In this document: one piece after another, positions 1 to 10,539 of the stretch
Numbering within the stretch: position 1 is the stretch's first letter
Layout: every line of letters begins with the position of its first letter
DNA from: an uncultured delta proteobacterium
GTDB lineage: Bacteria; Desulfobacterota; RBG-13-43-22
Reading direction: 5' to 3'
DNA: 64,000 nt
Assembly (NCBI GenBank): GCA_963790475.1
Contig: CAWBOS010000010.1
Span: 320,001-384,000, forward strand
Translations under genes and position numbers: made by a program
Notes under the pieces: generated by a model
What the model was told of the DNA's origin: nothing
Database searches by the model: none
The model's input: only the letters and a program-made list of their open reading frames with translations

Positions 1-1
1 G

Positions 2-724
2 GGTTTCCTGGGCGGAAGGAAATTCCGCCCCCGCCCTATTGACCAAGTCGTCGAAGAAATGGCCGCTATTCCCAATAATCGCCTGTTCATTGTTGACAAC
101 TCTCTGGCTCAGGACCGTCAATGGTTATTAGATCTGTTCTCGGCCATGATTCCTCTGAAAAAAAAGTGGGTTTCCCATCCCATTCTGGACGACGACCGGG
201 TCCTGGCCCTGGCGGCCGAAGCCGGTTCCTGGTATGTGTACCAAGCTATTTTTGACACCTCGGAGGTGATCCGCACCCGGGTTAAAAGACTGAAAGACCA
301 TGGTATCGGCATTGAAGGCACCATTCTTCTCGGAACCGACGAACAGGACGAGGATTATATTAAGAGATTGATCGATTTCCTGTTGGAGATCGGGATTGAT
401 ATGGCGGAATTTACCATCCTGACGCCCTTCCCCCATTCCCCCATACGGGAACGCCTTGAAAGAGAGGGTCGGATACTAAGCAACAACTGGCTCGACTATA
501 CAGCGGACAAGGTCGTCTTTCAGCCAAAGCGCATGACTCCAGAGAAATTACGGGAAATGTTTCTTTATGCCTGGGACACCTTTTATCAGGGCGGGGGCTA
601 CCAGATCAAGATGGGTGAGCTATTCAAAAAAATCATTCGCCGGGAAATTGATGACGGGACCTACCGGCGATACGATATCAGAAAGAAGCGCTCTTTCAAG
701 ATCAAGGCCGGAGAAAATGAGTAG
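2..724 (+). CDS. B12-binding radical SAM protein, C-terminal part (5' truncated by window)
   Basis: Frame is open from position 2 (GFLGGRKFRPRPIDQVVEEM...). It carries FIVDNSL and ILTPFPHSP motifs typical of the class B radical SAM C-terminal half. Confidence 0.75.
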   Translation, partial: GFLGGRKFRPRPIDQVVEEMAAIPNNRLFIVDNSLAQDRQWLLDLFSAMIPLKKKWVSHPILDDDRVLALAAEAGSWYVYQAIFDTSEVIRTRVKRLKDHGIGIEGTILLGTDEQDEDYIKRLIDFLLEIGIDMAEFTILTPFPHSPIRERLEREGRILSNNWLDYTADKVVFQPKRMTPEKLREMFLYAWDTFYQGGGYQIKMGELFKKIIRREIDDGTYRRYDIRKKRSFKIKAGENE

Positions 725-2114
725 GATATTTCTTCTTTCTACCAATACCATGATCGAACCCTATCCGGTATTCCCCCTGGGGATGGCTGTGGTGGCTTCG
801 GCCCTGATCTCGGCCGGGCATACGGTCCGGCAGTTTGATCTTCTAACGGAAGACCGATCCGTTAAAAGGCTTATTGAAGCCCTCCTCGCCTTCAGCCCGG
901 ATTTTGTCGGAATATCCATGCGAAATATCGACACGGTGGATTATTTTACGTCGGAGGAGTCCTGGGCGTTGCAACCGGATCGGGAGATCATCCGCAAGAT
1001 CAAAGAGAATAGCAAGGTCCCGGTGATCCTGGGCGGATCGGCCTTTTCGATCATGCCGGAGGAAATACTGAACTATGTGGGGGGCGATTACGGGATTGTC
1101 GGGGATGGGGGGATGCTTTTTAATCACTGGATTGAAAGAGTCAAGCAGGGGGAAAAGGTTCCCTTGATTTTAAGAGAAGACAACCTCCTTGAATCCGGAG
1201 ATATCTCTCTGCGTCCTTTTTGGAATGAGACCATCTTGCAACATTATACCGATCAGGGCGGCCTAATCGGTTTGCGGACCAAGTGCGGGTGCCCGCATCA
1301 TTGTGCCTATTGCACCTATCCGGCCTTGGAAGGAACGAGATTCCGACACCGGGAAGCCGGGGAGGTGATCGAGGATATCCGGCAACTGCAGAAAGACTAT
1401 CAGATCGAGTCCCTTTTTTTTGTGGACTCGGTATTCAACGACCTCAAGGGTCACTATCTGGAGATTGCCGAAGGACTCATTAGCCGGGAAATCCGTATTC
1501 GCTGGTCTGCTTTTTTTCAACCGGCAGGGATTGAAACCGAACAGTTAAGACTATTGAAACGATCCGGCCTCTTTGCTGTGGAAGCCGGTACGGATGCTGC
1601 CAGCGACACCACGCTGAGGGGGCTCAACAAGCACTTTGGGTTTGACGATGTGGTGAGGTTCAATGAGGCCTGTTTGAAAGAGGAAATCCCTTGCGCCCAT
1701 TATGTGATGTTCGGTGGACCCGGAGAGACCTCCTTCACCGTCCAGGAAGGATTGCTCAATATGGACCGGTTGCAAAACTGCGTCGTCCTGGCCTTCTCCG
1801 GGGTGCGTATTTTCCCTGGTACGCTGCTTCACCGCAAGGCGGTGGAAGACGGGATCGTGGGTGAAAAGGACTCCCTTTTAAAGCCCGTTTTCTATTTTTC
1901 TCCGGATATTAACCCTGAAACCATGAACAGAACCCTTGAGGAGTCTTTTAAAAATCACAGACAAAGGATTTTTCCTCCCGCTTCCTGCCAGAAAATAACG
2001 AATGTCATGAGACGATTCGGCTACAAGGGTCCTTTGTGGGATACCTTGATATCCTTTAAAAATAAAAGACCTCCGGATGTGGGGATGGGGAGGAAAGGAC
2101 CGGATGGGGTCTGA
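717..2114 (+). CDS. Lipid-biosynthesis B12-binding/radical SAM protein
   Basis: Likely ATG at 717 (MSRIFLL, overlapping the upstream stop). PYPVFPLGM B12-domain start, GISMRNID, CPHHCAYC (CxxxCxxC). Context is ACP/KS. Confidence 0.85.
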   Translation: MSRIFLLSTNTMIEPYPVFPLGMAVVASALISAGHTVRQFDLLTEDRSVKRLIEALLAFSPDFVGISMRNIDTVDYFTSEESWALQPDREIIRKIKENSKVPVILGGSAFSIMPEEILNYVGGDYGIVGDGGMLFNHWIERVKQGEKVPLILREDNLLESGDISLRPFWNETILQHYTDQGGLIGLRTKCGCPHHCAYCTYPALEGTRFRHREAGEVIEDIRQLQKDYQIESLFFVDSVFNDLKGHYLEIAEGLISREIRIRWSAFFQPAGIETEQLRLLKRSGLFAVEAGTDAASDTTLRGLNKHFGFDDVVRFNEACLKEEIPCAHYVMFGGPGETSFTVQEGLLNMDRLQNCVVLAFSGVRIFPGTLLHRKAVEDGIVGEKDSLLKPVFYFSPDINPETMNRTLEESFKNHRQRIFPPASCQKITNVMRRFGYKGPLWDTLISFKNKRPPDVGMGRKGPDGV

Positions 2115-3267
2115 AAAGATAAAAGTCATCCTGGTCATCCCCGTATATAATCATGGAAAAGACCTTACGTGGAGTGGTGCAAAGGGCCTTGAAAACAGGG
2201 GCCGAGGTCCTGGTGGTGGACGACGGAAGTACGGACGGAGGTCTGGAAACGCTTTCCGGGTTGAGCCATAAAGTCATCCGCCATCCGAAAAACCAAGGGA
2301 AAGGCGCTGCCATCATTGACCGCAGCTAAGGAGGCCGAAAGACTGGGGATGACGCACATCGTCACCATCGATGCCGACGGGCAGCATGACCCGGCCGATT
2401 TCTTGCGTTTTCTCCCGCTGATTCAGGAAAATCCTCTGGCCCTGGTGGTGGGGATCAGGGTCTTTGATAAAAAGGCTTCACCCCTGTTATCCAGGTTCGG
2501 CCGGAGTTTCTCCAATTTTTGGTTCCGGGTCCAGACCAGCAGTTCCGTGAAGGATACTCAGAGCGGATTCCGGGCCTACCCTTTGGCCGTTCTTACCTGG
2601 CTAAAGGTTCACGATCAACGATTTTCTTTTGAAGTGGAGGTCTTGGTGAAAGCGGCCTGGGCCGGGATTGAAATCAAGGAGGTGGATATTTCGGTTTTTT
2701 ATCCCCCTTCCCGGGAACGGGTTTCTCATTTTCATCTTATCAAAGATAATCTGGCCCTTTCTCTGCTCAACACCCGCCTGACTATGAGAGCCGTCCTTCC
2801 CCTGCCGCTATAAGCAGTTCAGACCCGCCCAAGACGGGTTGGAGGATATGTCGATTTTCCACCCTTTGAAATCTTTAAAAATTCTCAGTAAGAATACCTC
2901 CCCGGCACTGCTGGCGGTATCGGCCGGGATGGGCGTTTTTATCGGAACCCTTCCGCTGGTCGGTTTCTGGACTCTGGCTGTCCTTATTACGGCTAATTAT
3001 TTCGGTCTCAGCAAAATTGCCGCTTTGAGTTCCAATCAGTTGTGCAATCACCCTATTGTACCGGCCCTGTGCATTGAATTGGGGTATTTTTTCCGACACG
3101 GGAGCTTTCTTACGGAATTTTCCCTAAATACTCTGGGATATCAGGGACTGCAAAGAATTCTTGAATGGCTGATTGGGTCCCTGGTCCTGGCCCCCGTCTT
3201 TGGCTTGTTGACCGGCGGGCTGGTCTTTGTCCTGGCCTGGTCCATAATCCGGGAAAAGAAGGCTTGA
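2104..3267 (+). pseudogene. GT2 glycosyltransferase-DUF2062 fusion, broken by three +1 frameshifts (assembly error or pseudogene)
   Basis: VIPVYNHG / VLVVDDGSTDG / NQGKGAA / TIDADGQH / DTQSGFRAY lie in successive frames. Shifts are at ~2160, ~2316 and ~2808; the last links to the hydrophobic DUF2062-like ORF 2839-3267. Confidence 0.75.
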
Positions 3268-3472
3268 AAGAGGATCCCGGGTCGTCAGCGAATTTGATAT
3301 TAAAAAAAGGTTGAACCTCTCGCCTATCTATGTCAACCTTATTAAAGGGATTAAAAAGCAGGGCTGTTACCAGGATCATGGGTCTGGAAGGATAACCTCC
3401 CGGCCAGGTTCTTAATTTTTTCAAGAAGTGAAAGCAGAAGGGGACGTAATCTAAAAAGAGGAAGGTTAACCT

Positions 3473-3727
3473 ATGACCATTAAAGAAAAACTGAAAAAAA
3501 TGATTGTGGAAGAACTTAATCTGGAAGAGATTCAACCCGAGGAAATCGAGGATGATGCTCCTTTGTTCGGGGAGGGGTTGGGTCTCGATTCATTAGACGC
3601 CGTCGAACTCGTTGTTCTTGTTGAAAAGCATTTCGGCGTTGAAATCAAAAACCTCGATAAAGGTCGGATCGCCTTTCAGTCGATCAATTCACTGGCCGCC
3701 TTTATAGAGGAAAGAAACACACCATGA
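3473..3727 (+). CDS. Acyl carrier protein
   Basis: 84 aa acidic protein with GLGLDSLDAVEL phosphopantetheine motif. Confidence 0.95.
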   Translation: MTIKEKLKKMIVEELNLEEIQPEEIEDDAPLFGEGLGLDSLDAVELVVLVEKHFGVEIKNLDKGRIAFQSINSLAAFIEERNTP

Positions 3728-4928
3728 ACTCCTCTTCACCCGTCTCCATAACCGGAATGGGCTGTCTGTGCGCCCCGGGGCCTACTCTGGCTCTATGCTT
3801 AGAGTCTCTTTTCGGAGGGGATCGGAATCCGTTGCCACCCAGGAGATTCACGTCCAATCACCCTGTGGCCTATCCGGTTTTTGAAGTTGCCGACGACCTG
3901 GCTTCATTAAGGATCAAAGGGATCCCCGATATCTCACGCACGGCCAAGCTGGCATTGACCGCCGCCTGGGAGGCCATCGGCAATGCCGGACTGGACAGGG
4001 AAATGCTTCAATCAAAGCGAGTGGGGGTCTGCTTGGGACCAGCGTGGGCAGTGCCATGAACAATGAGGCTTTTTATCGCCAATACCGACTGGACGAGAAG
4101 CCGGATGTGTCCCCCATTACCCGGTATCTCAATAGTAATCCGGCGGACGTCCTGGCCAGGGAATTTGGGACAAACGGGCCCTGTCAGACCGTGGTCAATG
4201 CCTGTTCTTCCGGGACGGATGCTGTGGGCCTCGGAGCCCTCTGGATTCAATCGGGAGTATGCGATATCGTGCTGGCCGGGGGAGCCGATGAACTGTGCCA
4301 TGTCACCTATAATGGCTTTATTTCGCTTATGGTTACAGATGATTCACCCTGCAAACCCTTTGATAAAGAACGGAAAGGTCTGAATTTGGGAGAAGGAGCA
4401 GCCGTGCTGGTTCTGGAATCCGAAGAATCAAGAAGGGGCAGGGATAAACAGGCCCGGGCTTTTGTCAGGGGGTATGGGGCGTCCTGCGATGCCTTTCACC
4501 TGACCGCCCCTCATCCGCAGGGCCGTGGCCTAAGGCGAGCGATAGAGGAGGCGATGCGTTTAAGCGGCATTTCGACTAAAGATATTGGCTTCATCAATGC
4601 CCATGGCACAGGGACCAAGGATAATGACCGGGTCGAGTCCCAGGTCTTAATGGACCTATTGCCGGAAATTCCCTTTCTCTCCACCAAGGGGTATACGGGT
4701 CACACCCTGGGTGCGGCCGGTGCCATTGAAGCGGCCTTCACCGTGGCCTGTCTGGAAGAGGGGAGGATACCGAAAAATGCCGGTTTCACAACCCCTGATC
4801 CGGAACTGCCGTCCTTTCCAGTCGACAGCGAAAGGCCAGTCAAAGGAACGGTCGCCCTGTCAGAGTCCCTGGCCTTTGGCGGTCATAACGCAGTTCTGGT
4901 TATCGGGATAGAAAGAGGTTTGTTATGA
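3724..4928 (+). CDS. Beta-ketoacyl-ACP synthase (FabF-like), one frameshift at ~4036
   Basis: ITGMGC N-terminus, NACSSG catalytic Cys, INAHGTGT, KGYTGHTLGAAG. One G is missing in the ttggg run (expected LGTSVGSAM). Confidence 0.9.
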
Positions 4929-6055
4929 GGCTGGCGATTCAAGGGGTTGGGATCTTGGGCGGTTTCGGTTGTGGGATAGAGGCCTTAAGGAATTCACTCA
5001 TCGATCAAACCTGTCGGGTCCAAAGTGTTTCCATCAAAACAGCCCAGGGACTCCGAGACCAGCCTGCCTTCCTGGCGGATACGGACAAGCTGGACGATTT
5101 TGTGAACAAGAAGGCCCTGCGCCGGGTGGACCACTTTTCAAAAATGGCCCTTTTAGGATCTTTCCTGGCCCTTGAGGATGCCGGGCAGTTGGAGGGAGAC
5201 CGTCAAAGGATGGGCATGGTCATAGCCACCGGTTATGGGGCCAGCCGGACCACTTTTGCTTTTCTCGATTCTTTTATCAATGACGGAGACCAATTGTCCT
5301 CGCCGACTCATTTTTCCAATTCCGTCCACAACGCTGCCGGGGCCAATATCTCCATGCTCCTGAACATAACCGGGCCTGCTCTGACGGTCAGCCAGTTCGA
5401 GATGTCCGTCCCGTCGGCCCTTCTCGCCGCCGGAACCTGGCTGGAGGAAGGACGGGTCGATTCGGTACTTTTGGGAGGGGTTGACGAATATAGCGAAATC
5501 CTTGGCTATTGCTACAATCGTTTTTTCGGGAACCAGGGGATGGGTGTGAAGAATTTGAATCCGTTGACCTTCCATCTACAGAGCGCCATTCCGGGGGAAG
5601 GTGCGGCTTTCTTTTTGCTGACCAGGTCAGAGGAGGAAGGTCGATCCCCCTATGGATTAATCGAGAACACGGAATTGGAGAGATTCGCTGGGGACAAGTT
5701 GAAAATCTCGGAAGAGACCTTACTGTTTATCGGTGCCGATGGGCATAAACGCTGCGGTAGTCACTATGCCCATTATCTTCCTGAAAAAGCGAGCATGGCC
5801 TGTTACACGCCCCTTTACGGAAGCCTTCCGGTCGGCCCGGCCTTTGATCTGGCCATTGCTGCTTTATCCCTAAAAAACAAAAAGGTTTTCCCTTCTCCTT
5901 GCGGCCGCGAGATTCCTGAGAAAAGGATCATCCGTGAAGAGGCTGATCTTCATTGGGAAAAAATTTGCTGCCTAAAATTAGGAAAAGATGGTGAATTGGG
6001 AAGGATTACCTTGAACCCTTCCTCGTCAAACCGTCTTAACAAGGGTCTCAAATAG
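4925..6055 (+). CDS. Ketosynthase-like chain-length factor (non-catalytic KS partner)
   Basis: LRRVDHFSKMA, SPTHFSNSVHNAAG, VLLGGVDE and PGEGAAF are present; the catalytic Cys motif is absent. Confidence 0.85.
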   Translation: MRLAIQGVGILGGFGCGIEALRNSLIDQTCRVQSVSIKTAQGLRDQPAFLADTDKLDDFVNKKALRRVDHFSKMALLGSFLALEDAGQLEGDRQRMGMVIATGYGASRTTFAFLDSFINDGDQLSSPTHFSNSVHNAAGANISMLLNITGPALTVSQFEMSVPSALLAAGTWLEEGRVDSVLLGGVDEYSEILGYCYNRFFGNQGMGVKNLNPLTFHLQSAIPGEGAAFFLLTRSEEEGRSPYGLIENTELERFAGDKLKISEETLLFIGADGHKRCGSHYAHYLPEKASMACYTPLYGSLPVGPAFDLAIAALSLKNKKVFPSPCGREIPEKRIIREEADLHWEKICCLKLGKDGELGRITLNPSSSNRLNKGLK

Positions 6056-6438
6056 TGAAGACTCAATGCGGGCAAAAAAATCCATCTAATTCGTGATTAT
6101 TTTTTTCAGACATGAGGTTCCTCTAAGCCGGATTTTTTATTAGTTCGGATGGGGGAAAACTTGCGAGGGCCAACTTTTGAGACCGGTCCCAGTCCGTTGA
6201 TAATAACCAGGATAGCCTACCTTACTCAGGAATAGGATTCAATCCCCTTCTTGGGGGGAATCCCTTTTTCCCCTTGACCCCTCTCCGGAATTATTTTATA
6301 CATTTCCGATTGCTAAGCCGTTTTCGGTCATATTGAAATCGGCCTCTGACTAAGTCATTCGTTTCAGATTGGATTCCTAATAACCAGAAAGTGGGAGAGC
6401 TGCGTTTTGCTTTCAGTTGAGACCAAGGATAAAATCAG

Positions 6439-7203
6439 GTGAGAGAAAAGGGACCTTCCAACGAAATCATGCTCGAGGCTCGAGATCTGGTCAAATTCTA
6501 CCGGAAGGGTGCCCGGCCGGCTTTGAACGGACTTAGCGTCTCAATCAAGGAAAGGGAAGTTTTCGGTCTCCTGGGACCCAACGGGGCCGGAAAGACTACG
6601 GCCCTCTCGATTATGAACACGCTGCTCAAGCCTACCAGCGGCAGCATTTCGGTTTGCGGAATCGATGCCCTCCGATCACCGGCCCAGGTCAGGGGGCTCA
6701 TCGGATTTGTTCCCCAGGAGATCGCCCTTTATCAGAACCTCACGGTTCGTGAGAACCTCCACTTCTTTGGGCGGATATACGGTCTGCGGGGAAAAGAACT
6801 GGCTAAGAGGATTTCGGAATTTCTTGAACTGGTCGGTCTTGAGGAAAGTGCCGGGCAGCGTGTCTTTGCCTGTTCCGGGGGGATGAAGCGCCGGGCCAAC
6901 CTGGCGGCGGGCATTCTTCACCGGCCGAAACTCCTTTTTCTGGATGAGCCGACGGTAGGGATCGATCCCCAATCCAGGAATCTGATCCTGGAGAGACTTT
7001 CGGCCATGAAAGAAAGAACTACCATGGTTTATACCACCCATTATATGGAAGAAGCGGAATCGCTTTGTTCCTATGTGGCCATCATGGACGCCGGGCACAT
7101 CATTGCCGAGGGATCACCGGAAGAGTTGATTGGGTGCCCTCCCGGATATGCCGACCTGGAGGCTCTTTTTCTGGTCCTTACCGGGAAACAACTCAGAGAT
7201 TGA
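6439..7203 (+). CDS. ABC transporter ATP-binding protein
   Basis: GPNGAGKT Walker A, CSGGMKRR signature, LLFLDEPTVGID. Confidence 0.95.
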   Translation: MREKGPSNEIMLEARDLVKFYRKGARPALNGLSVSIKEREVFGLLGPNGAGKTTALSIMNTLLKPTSGSISVCGIDALRSPAQVRGLIGFVPQEIALYQNLTVRENLHFFGRIYGLRGKELAKRISEFLELVGLEESAGQRVFACSGGMKRRANLAAGILHRPKLLFLDEPTVGIDPQSRNLILERLSAMKERTTMVYTTHYMEEAESLCSYVAIMDAGHIIAEGSPEELIGCPPGYADLEALFLVLTGKQLRD

Positions 7204-7212
7204 AAGGGTCTC

Positions 7213-8565
7213 ATGCTTAAACTGTGGTCCTGTATCCAGAAAGAACTCCTTCTCCTTTACCGTGATTTTTCGGGTTTGATGGTTTTGTTTGTCATGCCAG
7301 TGGCCCTGGTGATTGTGGTCACGTTAGTTCAAGAGAATGTTCTCAAAGCTATGGGTGAAACCCGGACCGGCGTGCTGTTAGTCGACCTTGACCGGAAAAC
7401 GGTAGCTCAGCGGATTGAAGACTCTTTAAGAAAGTCCGGGTCGGTCAAGATCATAAAGGAAATTAATGGAAAGCCCATCGATATTGAAACAGCCCAAAAA
7501 GCCGTAGCCAGGGGAGAATTTCAAGTCGGGATTGTTATCCCCCAGGGGATTTCCGACGCCTTCAGAAAAACCGCCAGACAAAGGGTGAAAGATTCTATAT
7601 CTTTCGAAGGGACCGAGAAAAAGAAGCGCATTGCCGACCAGGAACCGATCCCTGGAATTCTGGTTTATTTTGATCCAACCCTGCGGGAAAACTTCCGGGC
7701 CGGGGTGGTCAGCTCCCTGGAAAAGGTCATCCTGGGCCTGGATGTTAAAGAAAGGCTCGACCTCTTGTTCCAGCTCCTTCCGGGAGAAACGGAAGTGGTG
7801 GCCAAAAAAGCGGCCGGCCCTATGTGGTCGGAGGAATTTAAAAAAAGAATTCCCAAAGTTCAGATCGACTGGGATGATACCCCCCTCATGACGGTAAAGG
7901 AGAAGGTGGCCCGCTATGGTAAGGAAGCCATCATCCCCAATACCGTCCAACAAAATATTCCGGCTTGGACCCTCTTCGGGATGTTCTTTATAGTCGTCCC
8001 TCTGGGCGGATCGATTATCAGGGAAAGACAGGATGGGATGCTGTCCCGCCTGCTGACCATGCCTACCTCCTACCTGACCATAATCTCCGGCAAGATTACC
8101 GCCTATGTGATGATCTGTTTGGTCCAGTTTGTGCTTATTATGGCCTTAGGAAGATTATTACTTCCTCTCCTCGGGGCCCCTGTCCTGGATTTGGGATCAT
8201 CCCCGGCGGCCCTTATACTCATCGTGATAAGTGCGGCCCTGGCCGCCTCCGGCTACGGCATTCTCCTGGGGACCATCGCCAGGACCTATGAGCAGGCCTC
8301 TATGTTCGGGGCCGTCTCCGTGGTCATTGCCGCGGCCCTGGGCGGAATCATGGTGCCGGTCTTTGTCATGCCCAGGATTATGCAAGTCATCAGTGAATTT
8401 TCCCCTCTGGCCTGGGGCCTTAACGCCTTTTTAAACGTCTTTGTCCGTAACGGCGATGTGCAGTCGATTCTTCCTCAGACGACCCGGCTGCTGATCTTCT
8501 TTGTTTCGACCACGGTTCTGGCCTGGTTCTTTATGTCTCAGAGGGGTCGTTTCCGCATCAGATAA
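7213..8565 (+). CDS. ABC-2 type exporter permease
   Basis: KELLLLYRD...LFVMP N-terminal TM, a large periplasmic loop, then five TMs (QQNIPAWTLFGMFF, GGIMVP). Resembles permeases in polyene/lipid clusters. Confidence 0.9.
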   Translation: MLKLWSCIQKELLLLYRDFSGLMVLFVMPVALVIVVTLVQENVLKAMGETRTGVLLVDLDRKTVAQRIEDSLRKSGSVKIIKEINGKPIDIETAQKAVARGEFQVGIVIPQGISDAFRKTARQRVKDSISFEGTEKKKRIADQEPIPGILVYFDPTLRENFRAGVVSSLEKVILGLDVKERLDLLFQLLPGETEVVAKKAAGPMWSEEFKKRIPKVQIDWDDTPLMTVKEKVARYGKEAIIPNTVQQNIPAWTLFGMFFIVVPLGGSIIRERQDGMLSRLLTMPTSYLTIISGKITAYVMICLVQFVLIMALGRLLLPLLGAPVLDLGSSPAALILIVISAALAASGYGILLGTIARTYEQASMFGAVSVVIAAALGGIMVPVFVMPRIMQVISEFSPLAWGLNAFLNVFVRNGDVQSILPQTTRLLIFFVSTTVLAWFFMSQRGRFRIR

Positions 8566-8773
8566 CAGCCGGAACCGATTTACCCTGCCCGCAAGAAAGC
8601 CCCTTAATTAGTCGTTGCTCTTCGTTTTACAAAAAACCCTGAACGGACTGGAGAGCAGTGGTGGAGAATTGTTCAGGGATTCGGATTTTATTTCTTTTTC
8701 CATTCTTTTCTGATAAATATCCTCATCATCAACCAGCCTTAATCGATATTCCCCAAAGAAGATAGGAAATAAA

Positions 8774-10219
8774 ATGGATTTTTCGCCCAATGGTCTTGAG
8801 ACCCTTTTTTCACCTCAATCGGTAGCTGTCATCGGGGCCTCCGACAGTTTTAGAAAATGGGGGTTTAGTGTATTCAGTCGTATCCTTAAGGGCAATGGAC
8901 CTTACCGGATCTATCCGGTCAATCGAAACGCGGCAGAGGTCCTCGGCATCAAGGCCTACCAGCGAGTGAGCGATATTCCAGACCAGGTCGAATTGGCCGT
9001 ATTGGTCATCCCTCCTTCTTTCGTTCCGGAAGCCATGAACGATTGTGTGCGAAAAGGGGTCAAGACCGCTCTGGTTATAACGGCTGGTTTCCGAGAAACA
9101 GGTCCCGAGGGGGCCTCTCTGGAAGCCGAGATGGTTCGGGTAGCAAAACAGGGCGGGATCAGGGTAGTGGGGCCCAATTGTAATGGCCACTTCCATACGG
9201 CCGCAAAACTGTTTACAGCGGGCGGGCTGGAGATTAATCCCGGACCGATCAGTCTGATATCCCAGAGCGGCAATTTCGGAGGTTTCATCGTCAGCCAGGG
9301 GACCCAAAAAGGGATCGGCTTTGACAAGTATGTGAGCAGCGGAAACGAGGCCGATCTGACGTTCGAGGATTATCTGGAATATCTGGGTGAAGATAAGGGA
9401 ACCAGGATCATTTGCGGTTATGTAGAAGGGTTTAAGGATGGAAAGCGTTTTTTCCGTTTGACCAAAGAAATTTCACGAAAGAAGCCGATTATTATTTTGA
9501 AGGCCGGGCGGAGCCCGGAAGGGGCCGGTGCCGCCAAGTCGCATACGGGCTCCTTGAGCGGTTCGGCTCCTATTCACGACGCGGTGTTCAGACAAACAGG
9601 GGTTATTCAGGTAGAGAAGGTGGACGAAATGCTGGATGTGGCTTCAGCTCTGATTCATCAACCTCTGCCAAAGGGTAAACGGGTGGGCATCGTCACTGCC
9701 GGTGGGGGTTTCGGGGTCGTGGCCGCCGATGCCTGTCGCCGTCTGGGACTGGAGGTGCCGACCCTGTCCCAGGAGACCATTGAAGGTCTGGATCGATTTA
9801 TGGAATCACGTTGGTCCCACTCCAATCCTGTGGACATGGCCGGAGACGCTTATCTTTCCACCCCGACTCTGGGAACTATGTTGAAGAGCAACGATGTCGA
9901 CGCCGTACTGGCCGTGAGTTGTTTAGGCTTTGTCTCCTCCTCCCCGGACAGTGTTCCGAAACAATACCGAGAAGAGTTTGTTCAATATCAGCAACAGATG
10001 GTTGAGGGCGAGAAGGGCCTGATGGAGGGTTTGATACAACGCGTTGAAAAATACCAAAAACCCCTCATTGTGGCCGCGGTAAGCGACCCCTCCCGATCAG
10101 GAGCCATAGCCCAATTGATTGCCAAGGGCATATACCCCTATCGAACTCCCGAAGACGGGGCCAAGGTCCTTGCTTATTTAGTCCAATATGCCGACTACCT
10201 GGCCCAGCAGGGGAGATAA
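8774..10219 (+). CDS. Acyl-CoA synthetase (NDP-forming), alpha/CoA-binding subunit
   Basis: SVAVIGAS, GPNC, SQSG, SGNEAD, SHTGSL phospho-His, NPVD. Confidence 0.9.
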   Translation: MDFSPNGLETLFSPQSVAVIGASDSFRKWGFSVFSRILKGNGPYRIYPVNRNAAEVLGIKAYQRVSDIPDQVELAVLVIPPSFVPEAMNDCVRKGVKTALVITAGFRETGPEGASLEAEMVRVAKQGGIRVVGPNCNGHFHTAAKLFTAGGLEINPGPISLISQSGNFGGFIVSQGTQKGIGFDKYVSSGNEADLTFEDYLEYLGEDKGTRIICGYVEGFKDGKRFFRLTKEISRKKPIIILKAGRSPEGAGAAKSHTGSLSGSAPIHDAVFRQTGVIQVEKVDEMLDVASALIHQPLPKGKRVGIVTAGGGFGVVAADACRRLGLEVPTLSQETIEGLDRFMESRWSHSNPVDMAGDAYLSTPTLGTMLKSNDVDAVLAVSCLGFVSSSPDSVPKQYREEFVQYQQQMVEGEKGLMEGLIQRVEKYQKPLIVAAVSDPSRSGAIAQLIAKGIYPYRTPEDGAKVLAYLVQYADYLAQQGR

Positions 10220-10504
10220 GGCAACACCTAGGGGACAATATCTATTCCTTTCAGCCGGGATACAATTCCTGGGAATGGGTATCTATCACAATCAAACAAG
10301 ATAGCTGAGAAAGTTTCATTTGTGCGCGAACCCAAGAAGAAATCCCCTAAATAATACTCTAAGAACCTCAACCTGTTCATTCATTGAAAAGAAGAACTAT
10401 CTGCTATGGAAGAAAAATTTTTTTTTAAATTATTACTCATAATTTGTCACAAAAAAATGCTTGACATCATAGTCATAATAAAGTAAATAAACTACGCCTT
10501 AAAA

Positions 10505-10522
10505 AATGAACATTCATTCATT
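10505..10522. promoter_or_regulatory. Putative TetR operator AATGAA-N6-TTCATT, downstream of TTGACA at 10461
   Basis: Inverted repeat directly upstream of the TetR gene. A related half-site (tcattcatt) lies at ~11171, upstream of the RND operon. Confidence 0.5.
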
Positions 10523-10539
10523 AATGAAGGGATTGAATC

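Noticed and set aside
6043-6185. GGTCTCAAA...TTTGAGACC inverted pair
   Set aside because: Only 9 bp with no TSD, which is insufficient to call a MITE.
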